64,000 nucleotides of DNA from an uncultured virus (IMG/VR IMGVR_UViG_3300032562_000011) (taxonomy: Duplodnaviria; Heunggongvirae; Uroviricota; Caudoviricetes): the IMG/VR virus record IMGVR_UViG_3300032562_000011; one strand, given 5' to 3'. Shown here piece by piece: positions 42,745 to 52,388 of this stretch (positions are counted from its first letter, which is position 1; the number at the start of each line of letters is the position of its first letter). The notes beneath the pieces are model-generated. The model was not told the origin of the DNA. It did not search any database and worked only from the letters and a program-made list of their open reading frames with translations. The position numbers were made by a program, and so were the translations under genes.

Positions 42745-43268
42745 TGAGCAAGCCGTATACACCTGGCGGAAGATTCAACTCCGATTTTGAACGCGGTTCT
42801 ATCTTCCAAGGCATAGATGCTGACCTGAAGAACCCTGTAGGAACAGCGGCTCAGTGGTATATCTTTGACGCGGTTAACTCTGTTAAAGACCCAATTTACG
42901 ATGTAGGAGACGACCCAAGCTACGGAGTTGGTGGAAAAGTATGGACTGGGCCGTTCACTATCCCAGTTATCAGAGCTGTGATTGAACAAGGTAGCTCCAA
43001 GACATCCACAGCTGGTTTCTACAACGCCGATACTCTGCATCTAACTCTCAACTCTAATGATATTGAATTTATCGCCCCAGGCACCATGTTGAGCCCAGAC
43101 TTCCAAGACCGCAGCCGAGTTATCTGGAAAAACGAAGTGTTTCGTCCAGTAAGTGCCCAGCAACGGGGTATTATTTCTGAGACGTTTGTTCTACTAACCC
43201 TAGACCTTGTTCAGGTTATGCCTGAAGAAATGGTCAACGACCCTCAGTTCAGCGCCTACGCCAACTAG
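42744..43268 (+). CDS. head closure/neck protein
   Basis: DPIYD; position before tail genes. Confidence 0.6.
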   Translation: MSKPYTPGGRFNSDFERGSIFQGIDADLKNPVGTAAQWYIFDAVNSVKDPIYDVGDDPSYGVGGKVWTGPFTIPVIRAVIEQGSSKTSTAGFYNADTLHLTLNSNDIEFIAPGTMLSPDFQDRSRVIWKNEVFRPVSAQQRGIISETFVLLTLDLVQVMPEEMVNDPQFSAYAN

Positions 43269-43276
43269 GAGAAGCA

Positions 43277-43423
43277 ATGCCATTCAAATCTAAAGCCCAG
43301 GAAAAGTGGATGTGGGCTACCCATCCCCGCATGGCTGGTCAGTGGGAAGAACATACCCCAAAGGATAAGCCCCTTCCTGATAAACTAAAGTCAACAGCCC
43401 GCTCTAAATCAAAGGATAAGTAA
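43277..43423 (+). CDS. small basic protein (MPFKSKAQ type)
   Basis: AGGAG SD; coupled to next gene. Confidence 0.65.
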   Translation: MPFKSKAQEKWMWATHPRMAGQWEEHTPKDKPLPDKLKSTARSKSKDK

Positions 43424-43707
43424 TGACACTATCAGCTGCATCATCCCCTTATACAGTGGGCACAACCGCTGTTCAGGTATCTCCATCTACTGGAGCTACC
43501 AATGGATATACCCTTGTTGTTCAAAATAACCATGCCAGCAACATCCTCTATGTAGGAACGTCTAACACTGTCACTTCATCTGCTTACGGTATTCAACTAG
43601 GTACAGGCGCCAGCCTTTCTCTAGATGACTTGACGCCAACTGACCAAGTGTGGGTTATTGCCAGCGCGGCTTCCACCCCAGTTGGAGTTATGGCAATCCT
43701 ACGATGA
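43423..43707 (+). CDS. small beta-sandwich virion protein
   Basis: VQN...LYVG...VT...G..L..G. Confidence 0.65.
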   Translation: MTLSAASSPYTVGTTAVQVSPSTGATNGYTLVVQNNHASNILYVGTSNTVTSSAYGIQLGTGASLSLDDLTPTDQVWVIASAASTPVGVMAILR

Positions 43708-43783
43708 GCATTCGCGTAGCCCGTAAAGGCGAGCCTATCGGAACAAGTAAGAAATCTACCCCCAAAGTGAAAGGTAAGTAACC

Positions 43784-43975
43784 ATGTGCGCTACATGCGG
43801 ATGCCGCGACAAGGCAAAAGATAAGAAGCAAGATGCCAAGCTTATGAAAGGCATGACCCCAAAGCAGAAGTCAGCTTTTGAAAAGGCTGACAAGAAGATG
43901 GATAAGAAGAAGCCATCTGCTAAGGAAGATGCCAAGATGGACAAGGCGTTGGCAAAGAAGGTCAAAAAGAAGTAA
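43784..43975 (+). CDS. Lys-rich small protein with N-terminal MCxxCGC
   Basis: MCATCGC; followed by terminator. Confidence 0.65.
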   Translation: MCATCGCRDKAKDKKQDAKLMKGMTPKQKSAFEKADKKMDKKKPSAKEDAKMDKALAKKVKKK

Positions 43976-43981
43976 GCACTT

Positions 43982-44003
43982 AGCGCCCGCAAGGGCGCTT
44001 TTT
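43982..44003 (+). terminator. intrinsic terminator
   Basis: AGCGCCC-gcaa-GGGCGCT-TTTT. Confidence 0.85.
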
Positions 44004-44085
44004 GCTTTATTCTTATAGTAGTTCCCGTGCGGGGACTAAGCACTACCTTGCGATTTACTCTTGCTGCTCTCTTAGGAGATTACCC

Positions 44086-44238
44086 ATGTCTGACCGTATT
44101 GACCGAGCCTCTGATGCTGAATTCATTAAGGCTATCGTCGAGAACGTCCCTCAACAGGCAACCAAGAATGAAACTAACGCATGGGGTGCAGCATTTGTAG
44201 CAGCAACGGCAGTGAAGCATGCACTCAAGAAGCGCTGA
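44086..44238 (+). CDS. hypothetical protein
   Basis: AGGAG SD before ATG 44086. Confidence 0.55.
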   Translation: MSDRIDRASDAEFIKAIVENVPQQATKNETNAWGAAFVAATAVKHALKKR

Positions 44239-44557
44239 ATTTAATGCGCTAGCCAAGCGCACATCCTTTGAGCTAGTAAGACCCCTTGATGCTCTCCTTC
44301 AGTCTTTAGCTATTAAATCTGGCTGGCCTGAAGATATCGTATTTAAATTGAATGTAATTGTAGACTCTGATGAAACTATTAGAGTCCATTACCCAGACGA
44401 TATCAAGCAAGAGGTTGAAGACCTTGAATACGGACGCCCAGGTGAAACCCCTAACGCGGCAATACGCCCATTCCTTTTACGTGCCCCTGAGCTCATCCAA
44501 AATATTTTAGAAGAAAAAGCTCTAGCCCCACTAATAGATTTGATGGGAGTACTCTAA
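44219..44557 (+). CDS. neck/tail completion protein
   Basis: LEYG....P..IRPF motif. Confidence 0.65.
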   Translation: MHSRSAEFNALAKRTSFELVRPLDALLQSLAIKSGWPEDIVFKLNVIVDSDETIRVHYPDDIKQEVEDLEYGRPGETPNAAIRPFLLRAPELIQNILEEKALAPLIDLMGVL

Positions 44558-45192
44558 TGGGAAATCCATTTATTGTTGCTGAAGACTTGGCTCTAAAGAC
44601 CTGGTTGTCTGGCATTACGGTATCTGATGATAAAAACGCCAGTCGCCCTGTTAAAACTTGGTTTGGTTACCCAGACGTGGAAGTCCAAGACCAGGTGTTT
44701 CCTTTTATCACCCTTGACCTAATTGATATCAACGCGGGCAATGACAGGCAGAGCTCAGGTCTATTGACGGATACTGATTACCAAGGAACCATCGCTGCCC
44801 AATCTAATATTGAATATCAATACCAGATTCCTGTGGCGTACGACCTTGTGTATCAAATTACGTCCTATTCTCGTCACCCGCGCCATGACCGCGCCATTAT
44901 GTTTCAGCTGCTAAATAAGTTTCCATCAAAGTACGGACACCTTGAGGTACCTAATCAACTAGGAACTTTTACGGTAAGTCGTTCTATGTTCCTTGATGGA
45001 TTTGTAAAGCGAGACGCCGTTGAAGGTGAAACTGGAAACCGCCGCTTGCTTAGAAACGTTTTGACAGTCCGAGTAACTAGTCAGATGTCGCCTTTGGCGG
45101 CAGATGCGGTTGCCTCAGAGATTGTTCAATCTGTAACAATCAATGACACTACTACGTACATTCCGTCTGGCTACTATCCCGTTAAAAACTGA
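44557..45192 (+). CDS. tail terminator/completion protein
   Basis: FPFITLD; YDLVYQI; position before sheath. Confidence 0.7.
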   Translation: MGNPFIVAEDLALKTWLSGITVSDDKNASRPVKTWFGYPDVEVQDQVFPFITLDLIDINAGNDRQSSGLLTDTDYQGTIAAQSNIEYQYQIPVAYDLVYQITSYSRHPRHDRAIMFQLLNKFPSKYGHLEVPNQLGTFTVSRSMFLDGFVKRDAVEGETGNRRLLRNVLTVRVTSQMSPLAADAVASEIVQSVTINDTTTYIPSGYYPVKN

Positions 45193-45223
45193 CAACAACG
45201 ATAATCAATAAGGAGATACATTA

Positions 45224-47002
45224 ATGGCCGTTTATACACGCCCTGGGGTGTACGTTCAAGAAACGCTAAACCCTAATGCGCCAACACCTGGCGTAGCTTC
45301 ACTCTCAATCGCAGCCTTTATCGGCACCAGCGACCGCGGACCAACTTCCGCAGCAACCTTGGTAACCTCTTGGAGCCAATACGTAAGCAAGTTTGGCGGA
45401 TGGAATACCATCTCGAACAACAACTTGCCTATCGCTGTATACCTCTTCTTCGCTAACGGCGGAACTCAGGCGTACATCACACGCGTACTTGGTAACACAA
45501 CCTCTGCAGTTGTTACAGCCGCATCTTGGACATCTGCTTCAAGCGGTACTGTAACTTACACAGCTAACAACACCTTTACCTCTGGTCAAACAGTTACGGT
45601 TACAGGTTTGGCTAACTCTGCGTGGAACGTATCTGGCGCTACTATCGCAACAGCGACATCCACATACTTCACAGTTACAGGTATTGCTACAGCAACTAAC
45701 CTTACTGGAGTTACAGCAACGGCTACTGCTATTACTGGATACCCAACAGTAGCAACTCGTACACTCAGCGACCGCGCAGGTAGCCCTCTTCAAACCCTTA
45801 CGATTGCCTCTAATAACTCAGGTACTTGGGGAAATAACCTCTATATTGCTATCCAAGACAGCCTCTCAACAGGTTACTTTAACGTAATCGTATACCTAGG
45901 CGGAACTACCTCGGGATACATTGTTGAGCAATGGACTGACGTAACCATGAAGTCTACGGATGCACGTTATGCTGTAACCGTCATCAACCAGAACTCTGCG
46001 TACATTACAGCTACAGACTTGCTCTCTATCTCTGGAAGCCCAACCAGCAACCCAGCGGTTACAGGAACAAATACCAATCTAGTCCCAGTAGTTCTCAGCG
46101 GAGGTAGCGACAACAACAACGTATCTTCTGCTAACATCTCAAGCGCGCTTAGCTTGTTTGACACTATTGCCTCTACTCTAATCCTAAATATCCCAGGATT
46201 TACAGACGCAACAACAGTCAACCTAGCTCTGGCCTACGCTACAGGTTCTACTCGTTCTAACGACGTCTTTGTAATCATTGATGGAATCAACGACACCGCC
46301 ACCAACCAGCTGGCTCTTGCGGCAACTTACAGCGCAACATCCTCTGGAGCGGTTTACTACCCACAAATTACAATCTCTGACCCAACAGCCGCAGTTGGTT
46401 CACCTACAGGTGCAACTAAGACTGTCGGAGCGGGTGGAGCTGTCGCAGGTCTTTTTGCCCGCACAGACGCTTCTCGTGGAGTATTCAAGGCTCCAGCTGG
46501 TCTTCAAGCTCGTCTGTCTAACGTAGTTTCTGTACCATCACTCAGTACCACTGACCTTGGTAACCTTAACAACGGAACTGTGCCTGTCAATGCAATTCGC
46601 TACATCACAGGTTCAGGCTTTGTAGTTATGGGTGCTCGTACCCTAAAGCAGGGATATGTAGACAAGTACGTACCCGTTCGTCGAACCCTAACTTACTTGG
46701 AAAAATCTTTATCTGACTTGACGCAGTTCGCTATCTTTGAGCCTAATACCCAAGTTCTTTGGAACCGAATTAACTCTGTAGTCGGAAACTTCCTAAATCA
46801 GTTCTGGGGTCAAGGCGGTCTATATGGAAATACCCCATCAGCCGCTTTCTTCGTAAAGTGTGACTCAGACACTAACCCACAGTCATCTATTGATAACGGG
46901 TTTGTTAATATTCAAGTTGGAGTCTCTTTGCAGCGTCCAGCTGAATTCATCATCATCAATATCGGTCAGTTCAACGGTGGAACCACCGTTACTACGGCGT
47001 AA
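45224..47002 (+). CDS. tail sheath protein
   Basis: YTRPGVYVQE; FFANGG; RGVFKAPAG; GARTL; YVPVRR; FEPN; PAEFI. Confidence 0.95.
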   Translation: MAVYTRPGVYVQETLNPNAPTPGVASLSIAAFIGTSDRGPTSAATLVTSWSQYVSKFGGWNTISNNNLPIAVYLFFANGGTQAYITRVLGNTTSAVVTAASWTSASSGTVTYTANNTFTSGQTVTVTGLANSAWNVSGATIATATSTYFTVTGIATATNLTGVTATATAITGYPTVATRTLSDRAGSPLQTLTIASNNSGTWGNNLYIAIQDSLSTGYFNVIVYLGGTTSGYIVEQWTDVTMKSTDARYAVTVINQNSAYITATDLLSISGSPTSNPAVTGTNTNLVPVVLSGGSDNNNVSSANISSALSLFDTIASTLILNIPGFTDATTVNLALAYATGSTRSNDVFVIIDGINDTATNQLALAATYSATSSGAVYYPQITISDPTAAVGSPTGATKTVGAGGAVAGLFARTDASRGVFKAPAGLQARLSNVVSVPSLSTTDLGNLNNGTVPVNAIRYITGSGFVVMGARTLKQGYVDKYVPVRRTLTYLEKSLSDLTQFAIFEPNTQVLWNRINSVVGNFLNQFWGQGGLYGNTPSAAFFVKCDSDTNPQSSIDNGFVNIQVGVSLQRPAEFIIINIGQFNGGTTVTTA

Positions 47003-47016
47003 GGGAGATATAACTA

Positions 47017-47658
47017 ATGCCAACAAATACTAACTTCAACTCAACCCTAGCGACTGACCCTTTACGCGGTTTTAGGTTCACCGCTACGTTTACTGCGGCA
47101 GGGGCTGACGCAACATTCAACACTAAAATCACTACAGGTTTTACTGGAGGATTCAGCTCAATCTCTGGTTTGTCTATTAATACCCAAGCTATCCAGTACC
47201 GCGAAGGTGGAATGAACACCACAGTTCACCAGATTCCTGGTATGACTACATTCAACCCAATTAGCTTTAGCCGTGGAGTAATCCTAGGCAATGACCAAGC
47301 TATGGTGTGGATGCGCGGGCTGTTCTCAGCTGGAACTGGCGCAGGCCTTCCTGCGGGATATAACCCAGTTACTAACCCAAACCCAGGCGCTACTGCGGCG
47401 GGCGCAACAGGAAACTTCCGTACGGACATAATCATTAATGTCAATCAGCACCCAAATACAAGCACTACTGTGGATTACCCACAAATGGCTTTTAAAGTGC
47501 ATAACGCATGGATTACTGGCCTTAACTACACAGACCTGGATGCGACCAATGGTGCGATTCTGTTTGAAACAATGCAGCTTGTCCATGAGGGCATCTCTGT
47601 ATTCTTTACAAATACTACGGGAAGTCCTTCAGACGGTAAAAACACAAGCGACTACTAA
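47017..47658 (+). CDS. tail tube protein (T4 gp19-like)
   Basis: DPLRGFRF; GFSSISGL; YREGG; SRGV; NAW; LVHEG. Confidence 0.93.
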   Translation: MPTNTNFNSTLATDPLRGFRFTATFTAAGADATFNTKITTGFTGGFSSISGLSINTQAIQYREGGMNTTVHQIPGMTTFNPISFSRGVILGNDQAMVWMRGLFSAGTGAGLPAGYNPVTNPNPGATAAGATGNFRTDIIINVNQHPNTSTTVDYPQMAFKVHNAWITGLNYTDLDATNGAILFETMQLVHEGISVFFTNTTGSPSDGKNTSDY

Positions 47659-47696
47659 CTGATAAGATTAGCCCATTAACCTAAGGAGAATAATTC

Positions 47697-48500
47697 GTGA
47701 GCACAACTGATACACCAGTAGTAGTAACAGACGCTGATTTAATTAATAAGTATGCAGCTATGGCGACAGAGGAGCCAGAACAGGTCGTAGAGACCCAGGC
47801 TCCTCTCGGACCAGAAGTAACTCTTCCTGGAGGATTTATCCTCGACGGGGCTGTGGTAAACACCGCTGAAGTTCGTGAGTTAAACGGAGTTGATGAAGAG
47901 GCTATCGCTAACGCACCAACTACAGGAAAAGCTCTTAATATTCTTCTTCAAAGAGGTCTGGTAAAGATTGGCGGAAAAGACGTAACTAGAGACGACTTGG
48001 ATGCGCTTCTTGCGGGAGACCGAGACGCCATTCTTATCGCCATTCGTCGTGTTACTTTTGGTGGCACTGCAGAATACAGGGTCACATGCGCAGCTTGCGA
48101 TACAGACCAGAACACCGTAGTAGACCTAGATAAAGATGTTCCTGTTAAAAAGCTGGAAAATTCTGAGGAACGAACTTGGAATGTAGAAACGAAAAAAGGG
48201 TTTGTTACTGTGGGGCTACCTACAGGAATTACTCAAAAGAAGTTGCTTGAGAACTCAGAAAAAACATCTGCCGAACTCAACACTATTCTACTTTCTGGGT
48301 GTGTGCTATCAGTAAACGGTATTCCATCTATGGGAGCCAGCACAGTGCTAAAGCTTGGTATGGCTGACCGCGCAAACCTTGTAAAAGAAATTATTGAACG
48401 TAACCCAGGCCCACGCCTTGGGGAGGTGAAGAAGGCATGCGAGGCATGTGGTGAGGAGATGAATCTCCCTATCAGCCTCGTTGATTTGTTTCGTATATAG
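47697..48500 (+). CDS. tail/baseplate assembly chaperone
   Basis: VRELNG.DEE; GDRDAIL.AIR..TFG; two CxxC; DLFR end. Confidence 0.8.
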   Translation: MSTTDTPVVVTDADLINKYAAMATEEPEQVVETQAPLGPEVTLPGGFILDGAVVNTAEVRELNGVDEEAIANAPTTGKALNILLQRGLVKIGGKDVTRDDLDALLAGDRDAILIAIRRVTFGGTAEYRVTCAACDTDQNTVVDLDKDVPVKKLENSEERTWNVETKKGFVTVGLPTGITQKKLLENSEKTSAELNTILLSGCVLSVNGIPSMGASTVLKLGMADRANLVKEIIERNPGPRLGEVKKACEACGEEMNLPISLVDLFRI

Positions 48501-48642
48501 AAAAGAAGATTACGAACTTTTATTAGATGAGTACGAGTTTCTAACAAGAAACTTTACAGGTTGGACTCTCTCGGACATACGGGGATTATCCGTGCGAGAG
48601 AGGCGCAACTGGATAGAACGAGCGAAACGAAATAGGAGGTAG
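48490..48642 (+). CDS. chaperone extension, probably made by +1 frameshift
   Basis: +1 frame GWTLSDIRGLSVRERRNWI; no ATG; TTT-CGT at the junction. Confidence 0.65.
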   Translation, partial: FVYRKEDYELLLDEYEFLTRNFTGWTLSDIRGLSVRERRNWIERAKRNRR

Positions 48643-48644
48643 TC

Positions 48645-50966
48645 ATGGAAGATGACGTCAAGCTGGCCTTTGGCCTTGGCGGCAAGATGGGTACAGCCGT
48701 CACTAACATTAAGAACGACCTCCTAAGCTTAGCTAGCATTATCGAAACAACGCTTCTACCTAAGATTGATAAGATGGCTAGCCGCCTTGAGTCGGTTAGC
48801 AAAGATTTTAGTGGCCTTCTTATTGCTGATAAGTACGGGCGAGTTACGGGCACCTCAGGGGGTTCAAATAGAGTAGCCCCACCACCTCCTACGGATACTG
48901 GTAATAACGGAGCCCCTCCAACTAATAATCAAAGCCCTAAGACACCACAGGATAACTCCGCTGGTAAGCCTACTAACAATAAGATTGCGGCTGGGGCGCA
49001 GGCTGTGCTTGGCGGAATGTACGGGTCTAATCTACTTAGCATGGCCATGCCAAACGTGCAGACCTCCATCATGCAGGACTACCTCACTAACCGTGTAGCT
49101 TTTAATGGGGCTGGGGGGATAACGGGTAGTTTACAAGGTCAAACAAGCCAAATAAATGCTTTGCAACGCTCTATGGCAAACCAAGGAACAGCCACCAGCA
49201 GCATGGACGCAATTAATGCAATTATTGCTCTGCAAAATGCGGGGCTTGGCGGAGCAAAAAACTTTAAGCAATTAGCGTCGGGTGCCGCAGCCATTTCTAA
49301 TTTAGAACCTGGCATGGGTCTTGCAGGTGCCGCTCAAGCTCAAGGAGCTGCTCAAGCCCCTACTACTGTAAATATGCTTCGTTCTATTGGTATCAATATG
49401 CGTGACGCTAACGGTAATATGCTCACTACGGGTCAAATGATTGACCAAATATGGAACTTTTTAAATAAGAACAACGGTGGCAAGAATATGGATAAGGAAT
49501 CCATAACCATGTCCTTAGCCCCAGGTTATGGCCTATACAACATGCTTAGTAGCATGTTTAACGGCGACCCTATGATGATTAAACTTGTAGGAGACGGATT
49601 AAAGCTTAAAGCTCAAACAGGTGGGGCTGCTATTGATTCCCTTACCCGTAATCAAATGAAAACTTTGGGCGGAACCACTGGAACAGTTAATGCGATTGCT
49701 AACAAAACAGCTGCTCAAACAGAACTCTTAACCAATACGGCTGCAACTACTTCAGCTGGGTATGCGGCGTCTGCTGACTTAGCCGCGGCACTCAATAGAT
49801 TTGCAGATATGGTCCCACAATTAACTTCGGCTTTGGGCGGATTAAACGGATTAATGTCTGGAGTAAAGGGTATAGGGGGCGGAGCACTCACAAGCGTTGC
49901 GGGCGCGTACGCCGCTAATAAAGTCGCAAAGAAAGTTGAAAGTACAGGCTTACTAAAGGGTATTGGAAATCTATTTAGTAAAGGTTTTAACTTTCTTAAA
50001 GGTAATATGGTAAGAGCGGGGGAGGACATCGCAAAAGGTGATGTGCCTGATTTTGCCGCGGCGGTCATGGAAGACGTAGCTGCGGGTGGCATCGCTGGGT
50101 TTGCTGGCGGTACATCTCGTGTACCTGGAACAGGGGATGGGGACATCGTTCCAGCCATGTTGACCCCAGGCGAAGCTGTTATTAATAAGGACGCTGCTGA
50201 GAAGTACCGTCCAATATTATCCGCTATGAACGCAGGAACCCTGCAAATGCACGCTGCTGGTACTTCTAATGTAGCTAAAGCTGAGTCATATTTATCTAAG
50301 ATGAACTCTAATAAAGTAAGCGCGGGGGATTTTGCTCAAGCTATGCTCGTAGGATTAGGGGCGCCAACAGACGCGCAAAACGTCGCCAATCTAAAGCTAT
50401 GGATGAGCGCTGAAGGTGGTAACTGGCTAAACACTGCGCATTTTAATCCGTTAAACACAAGCTATGGTTTAAATGGGTCTACTAACTTTAATACTGGAAT
50501 GGCTGGGGGAGGCGTACAGGCGTACAAGAGTTGGAAAGACGGATTAGACGCAACTCTGGGCACTCTTACAGGTCAAAACGCTGGCGCCCGCGGGTATGCG
50601 AACCTTGTAAAAATGTTGCAGGGTGGAAAAGCATCTCAATCTGAATGGATTACTGCTTTACAGCAGTCTTCTTGGGATAATGGTCACTACTCTAACCTTT
50701 CGCATGGGGGCAACTCTAAATATAATCCAAATTCTCCGTACTCAGGCCACGGTAGCGGTGGAGCAACGAGCACCAACCCTGCAGTACCTACGCAGGCGCA
50801 AATAGCCGCACACGCAGCATCTCTTAATAAAGATGCGACTAATAACCATAACTACGGTGGGGTTAGCATCACGATTAATGCGCAAAATCAGTCATCAGAT
50901 GCACTACTAAGTCAACTACAACAACTATTTGCGGGCTCAGGTATCGTAGCCCAGATTTCAGGGTGA
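48645..50966 (+). CDS. tape measure protein with C-terminal lysozyme-like domain
   Basis: Ala/Gly-rich helices; PAMLTPGE.V; W..AEG...NPLNT...VQAY.SW.DG. Confidence 0.85.
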   Translation: MEDDVKLAFGLGGKMGTAVTNIKNDLLSLASIIETTLLPKIDKMASRLESVSKDFSGLLIADKYGRVTGTSGGSNRVAPPPPTDTGNNGAPPTNNQSPKTPQDNSAGKPTNNKIAAGAQAVLGGMYGSNLLSMAMPNVQTSIMQDYLTNRVAFNGAGGITGSLQGQTSQINALQRSMANQGTATSSMDAINAIIALQNAGLGGAKNFKQLASGAAAISNLEPGMGLAGAAQAQGAAQAPTTVNMLRSIGINMRDANGNMLTTGQMIDQIWNFLNKNNGGKNMDKESITMSLAPGYGLYNMLSSMFNGDPMMIKLVGDGLKLKAQTGGAAIDSLTRNQMKTLGGTTGTVNAIANKTAAQTELLTNTAATTSAGYAASADLAAALNRFADMVPQLTSALGGLNGLMSGVKGIGGGALTSVAGAYAANKVAKKVESTGLLKGIGNLFSKGFNFLKGNMVRAGEDIAKGDVPDFAAAVMEDVAAGGIAGFAGGTSRVPGTGDGDIVPAMLTPGEAVINKDAAEKYRPILSAMNAGTLQMHAAGTSNVAKAESYLSKMNSNKVSAGDFAQAMLVGLGAPTDAQNVANLKLWMSAEGGNWLNTAHFNPLNTSYGLNGSTNFNTGMAGGGVQAYKSWKDGLDATLGTLTGQNAGARGYANLVKMLQGGKASQSEWITALQQSSWDNGHYSNLSHGGNSKYNPNSPYSGHGSGGATSTNPAVPTQAQIAAHAASLNKDATNNHNYGGVSITINAQNQSSDALLSQLQQLFAGSGIVAQISG

Positions 50967-50970
50967 GTAA

Positions 50971-52107
50971 ATGCCTCAAAGTTCAGCGTATGCGGCAGCT
51001 TCTTATAAAGCATTAGCAGCTACCGCCGCAGCCACCGCGGCGGCTAACGCCCCTTTATTTCCAGTAGCTGCTGTTCAAACCAACCAAGTAGCTGCGCCAC
51101 CTCCAGGTTATTATATAGACCAATTTGGGCAAGCCGCACCTGTCTCATCTATTTCAAACATAACGGATAGTAAGGCGAGAGCGGTCGCTGCCGCATTGGC
51201 AACCAACGCAGTAAAAGCTAGCGCAGTAGCGGCTGCGAAAGCAAGTGCCGCTGCAACCTCTTCTCAAACGTCTACGGCGGCCAAAGCAAATACTCCGTAT
51301 AATATTCAATTCAATCTTCCACCCCATAAATGGAGTTTGCCAGTAGACCCCACTAATTTAGGGTATAACAAGACTAAGCAAACCAGCGCGTCCTTTAATC
51401 ACGGACTTCGTAGAGCAGCTATGTGGTTCTACGATGCACCGCCTGCGGGAGACACAGCCCCTAGCAGCGCGCAAGGTTTAGTTTCCACATCCAATGCTGC
51501 AGCGGCTACGGACAAAAATTTATTTGGTTTTCAATTTTTATGGAACCCAACCACACTAAGCAATTCTATTTCATATAATCCTGCGATGGCTCCATCATCA
51601 GCCGATGCATTTGCGCAACTAAACTCTTTGTTTACAGGCATGGAAAGCATGCAAGTTACCGCGCAAATCAATAGAGTGATGGACTTTGCGGCGTTTAAGG
51701 CTAACCCTAACATGTCATTAAGTGAAATGGCCAGCTCGTATGCAGCGTACAAAAACCCTCAATCTAAATCTAAGGCTGAAACCACTGAACAACAAATATC
51801 TGACCTGTTAAAACGCGGAACTATGGCGGACGTAGAGTACATCTATAGGATGGTCAACGGCATCGGAAACGCATCTATACCTACTTTTACTAACGTCTTA
51901 GGTCGTCAAACAGCTGATTTAGCTTTTTTAGCCCCAACGGCTATAGCAATAAAATTTGGCCCAAACCCTGATAGTTTGTCGTACGTAGGTTGGTTAACAC
52001 AGGTAGATGTTCAACACCTTCAATTTACTGAAGATATGATTCCGTTAGACACAACAGTAACCCTTAGCATTAGTGCGTTCTCTCGCACAACGTTAGCGAG
52101 CAACTAA
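50971..52107 (+). CDS. baseplate/tube initiator protein
   Basis: FQFLWNPT; F.EDMIP; position after TMP. Confidence 0.7.
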   Translation: MPQSSAYAAASYKALAATAAATAAANAPLFPVAAVQTNQVAAPPPGYYIDQFGQAAPVSSISNITDSKARAVAAALATNAVKASAVAAAKASAAATSSQTSTAAKANTPYNIQFNLPPHKWSLPVDPTNLGYNKTKQTSASFNHGLRRAAMWFYDAPPAGDTAPSSAQGLVSTSNAAAATDKNLFGFQFLWNPTTLSNSISYNPAMAPSSADAFAQLNSLFTGMESMQVTAQINRVMDFAAFKANPNMSLSEMASSYAAYKNPQSKSKAETTEQQISDLLKRGTMADVEYIYRMVNGIGNASIPTFTNVLGRQTADLAFLAPTAIAIKFGPNPDSLSYVGWLTQVDVQHLQFTEDMIPLDTTVTLSISAFSRTTLASN

Positions 52108-52388
52108 TGGCTATCTATAAAGGCTCTAGATATGAGTACTCTAAAGTAGACTTTGTGCAAACAAAAGCTGCGGGAAATGCAAACCCTATTATCTTCTACA
52201 ACATTCCTGTATTTACCAACCTTTCTTACTATGAGCATGTGTATGAAGCTGGGGAACGGATTGACCAGATATCTACTCAGTACTACAGAACACCTAAGCT
52301 TTGGTGGTTAATTGCTGCGGCTAACCCCGCAATAAATGATTTATACAATATACCTGCGGGAACTTCTTTAAAGGTGCCCCGTGTTTAA
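52107..52388 (+). CDS. LysM/tail-X-like baseplate protein
   Basis: GERIDQIS..YY..P.LWW.IA.AN...IPAG..L.VP. Confidence 0.85.
   Translation: MAIYKGSRYEYSKVDFVQTKAAGNANPIIFYNIPVFTNLSYYEHVYEAGERIDQISTQYYRTPKLWWLIAAANPAINDLYNIPAGTSLKVPRV

Noticed and set aside
45189..47687. CTGAC/CTGAT late promoters before the sheath and chaperone genes
   Set aside because: No NANNNT hexamer at the 18-nt spacing.
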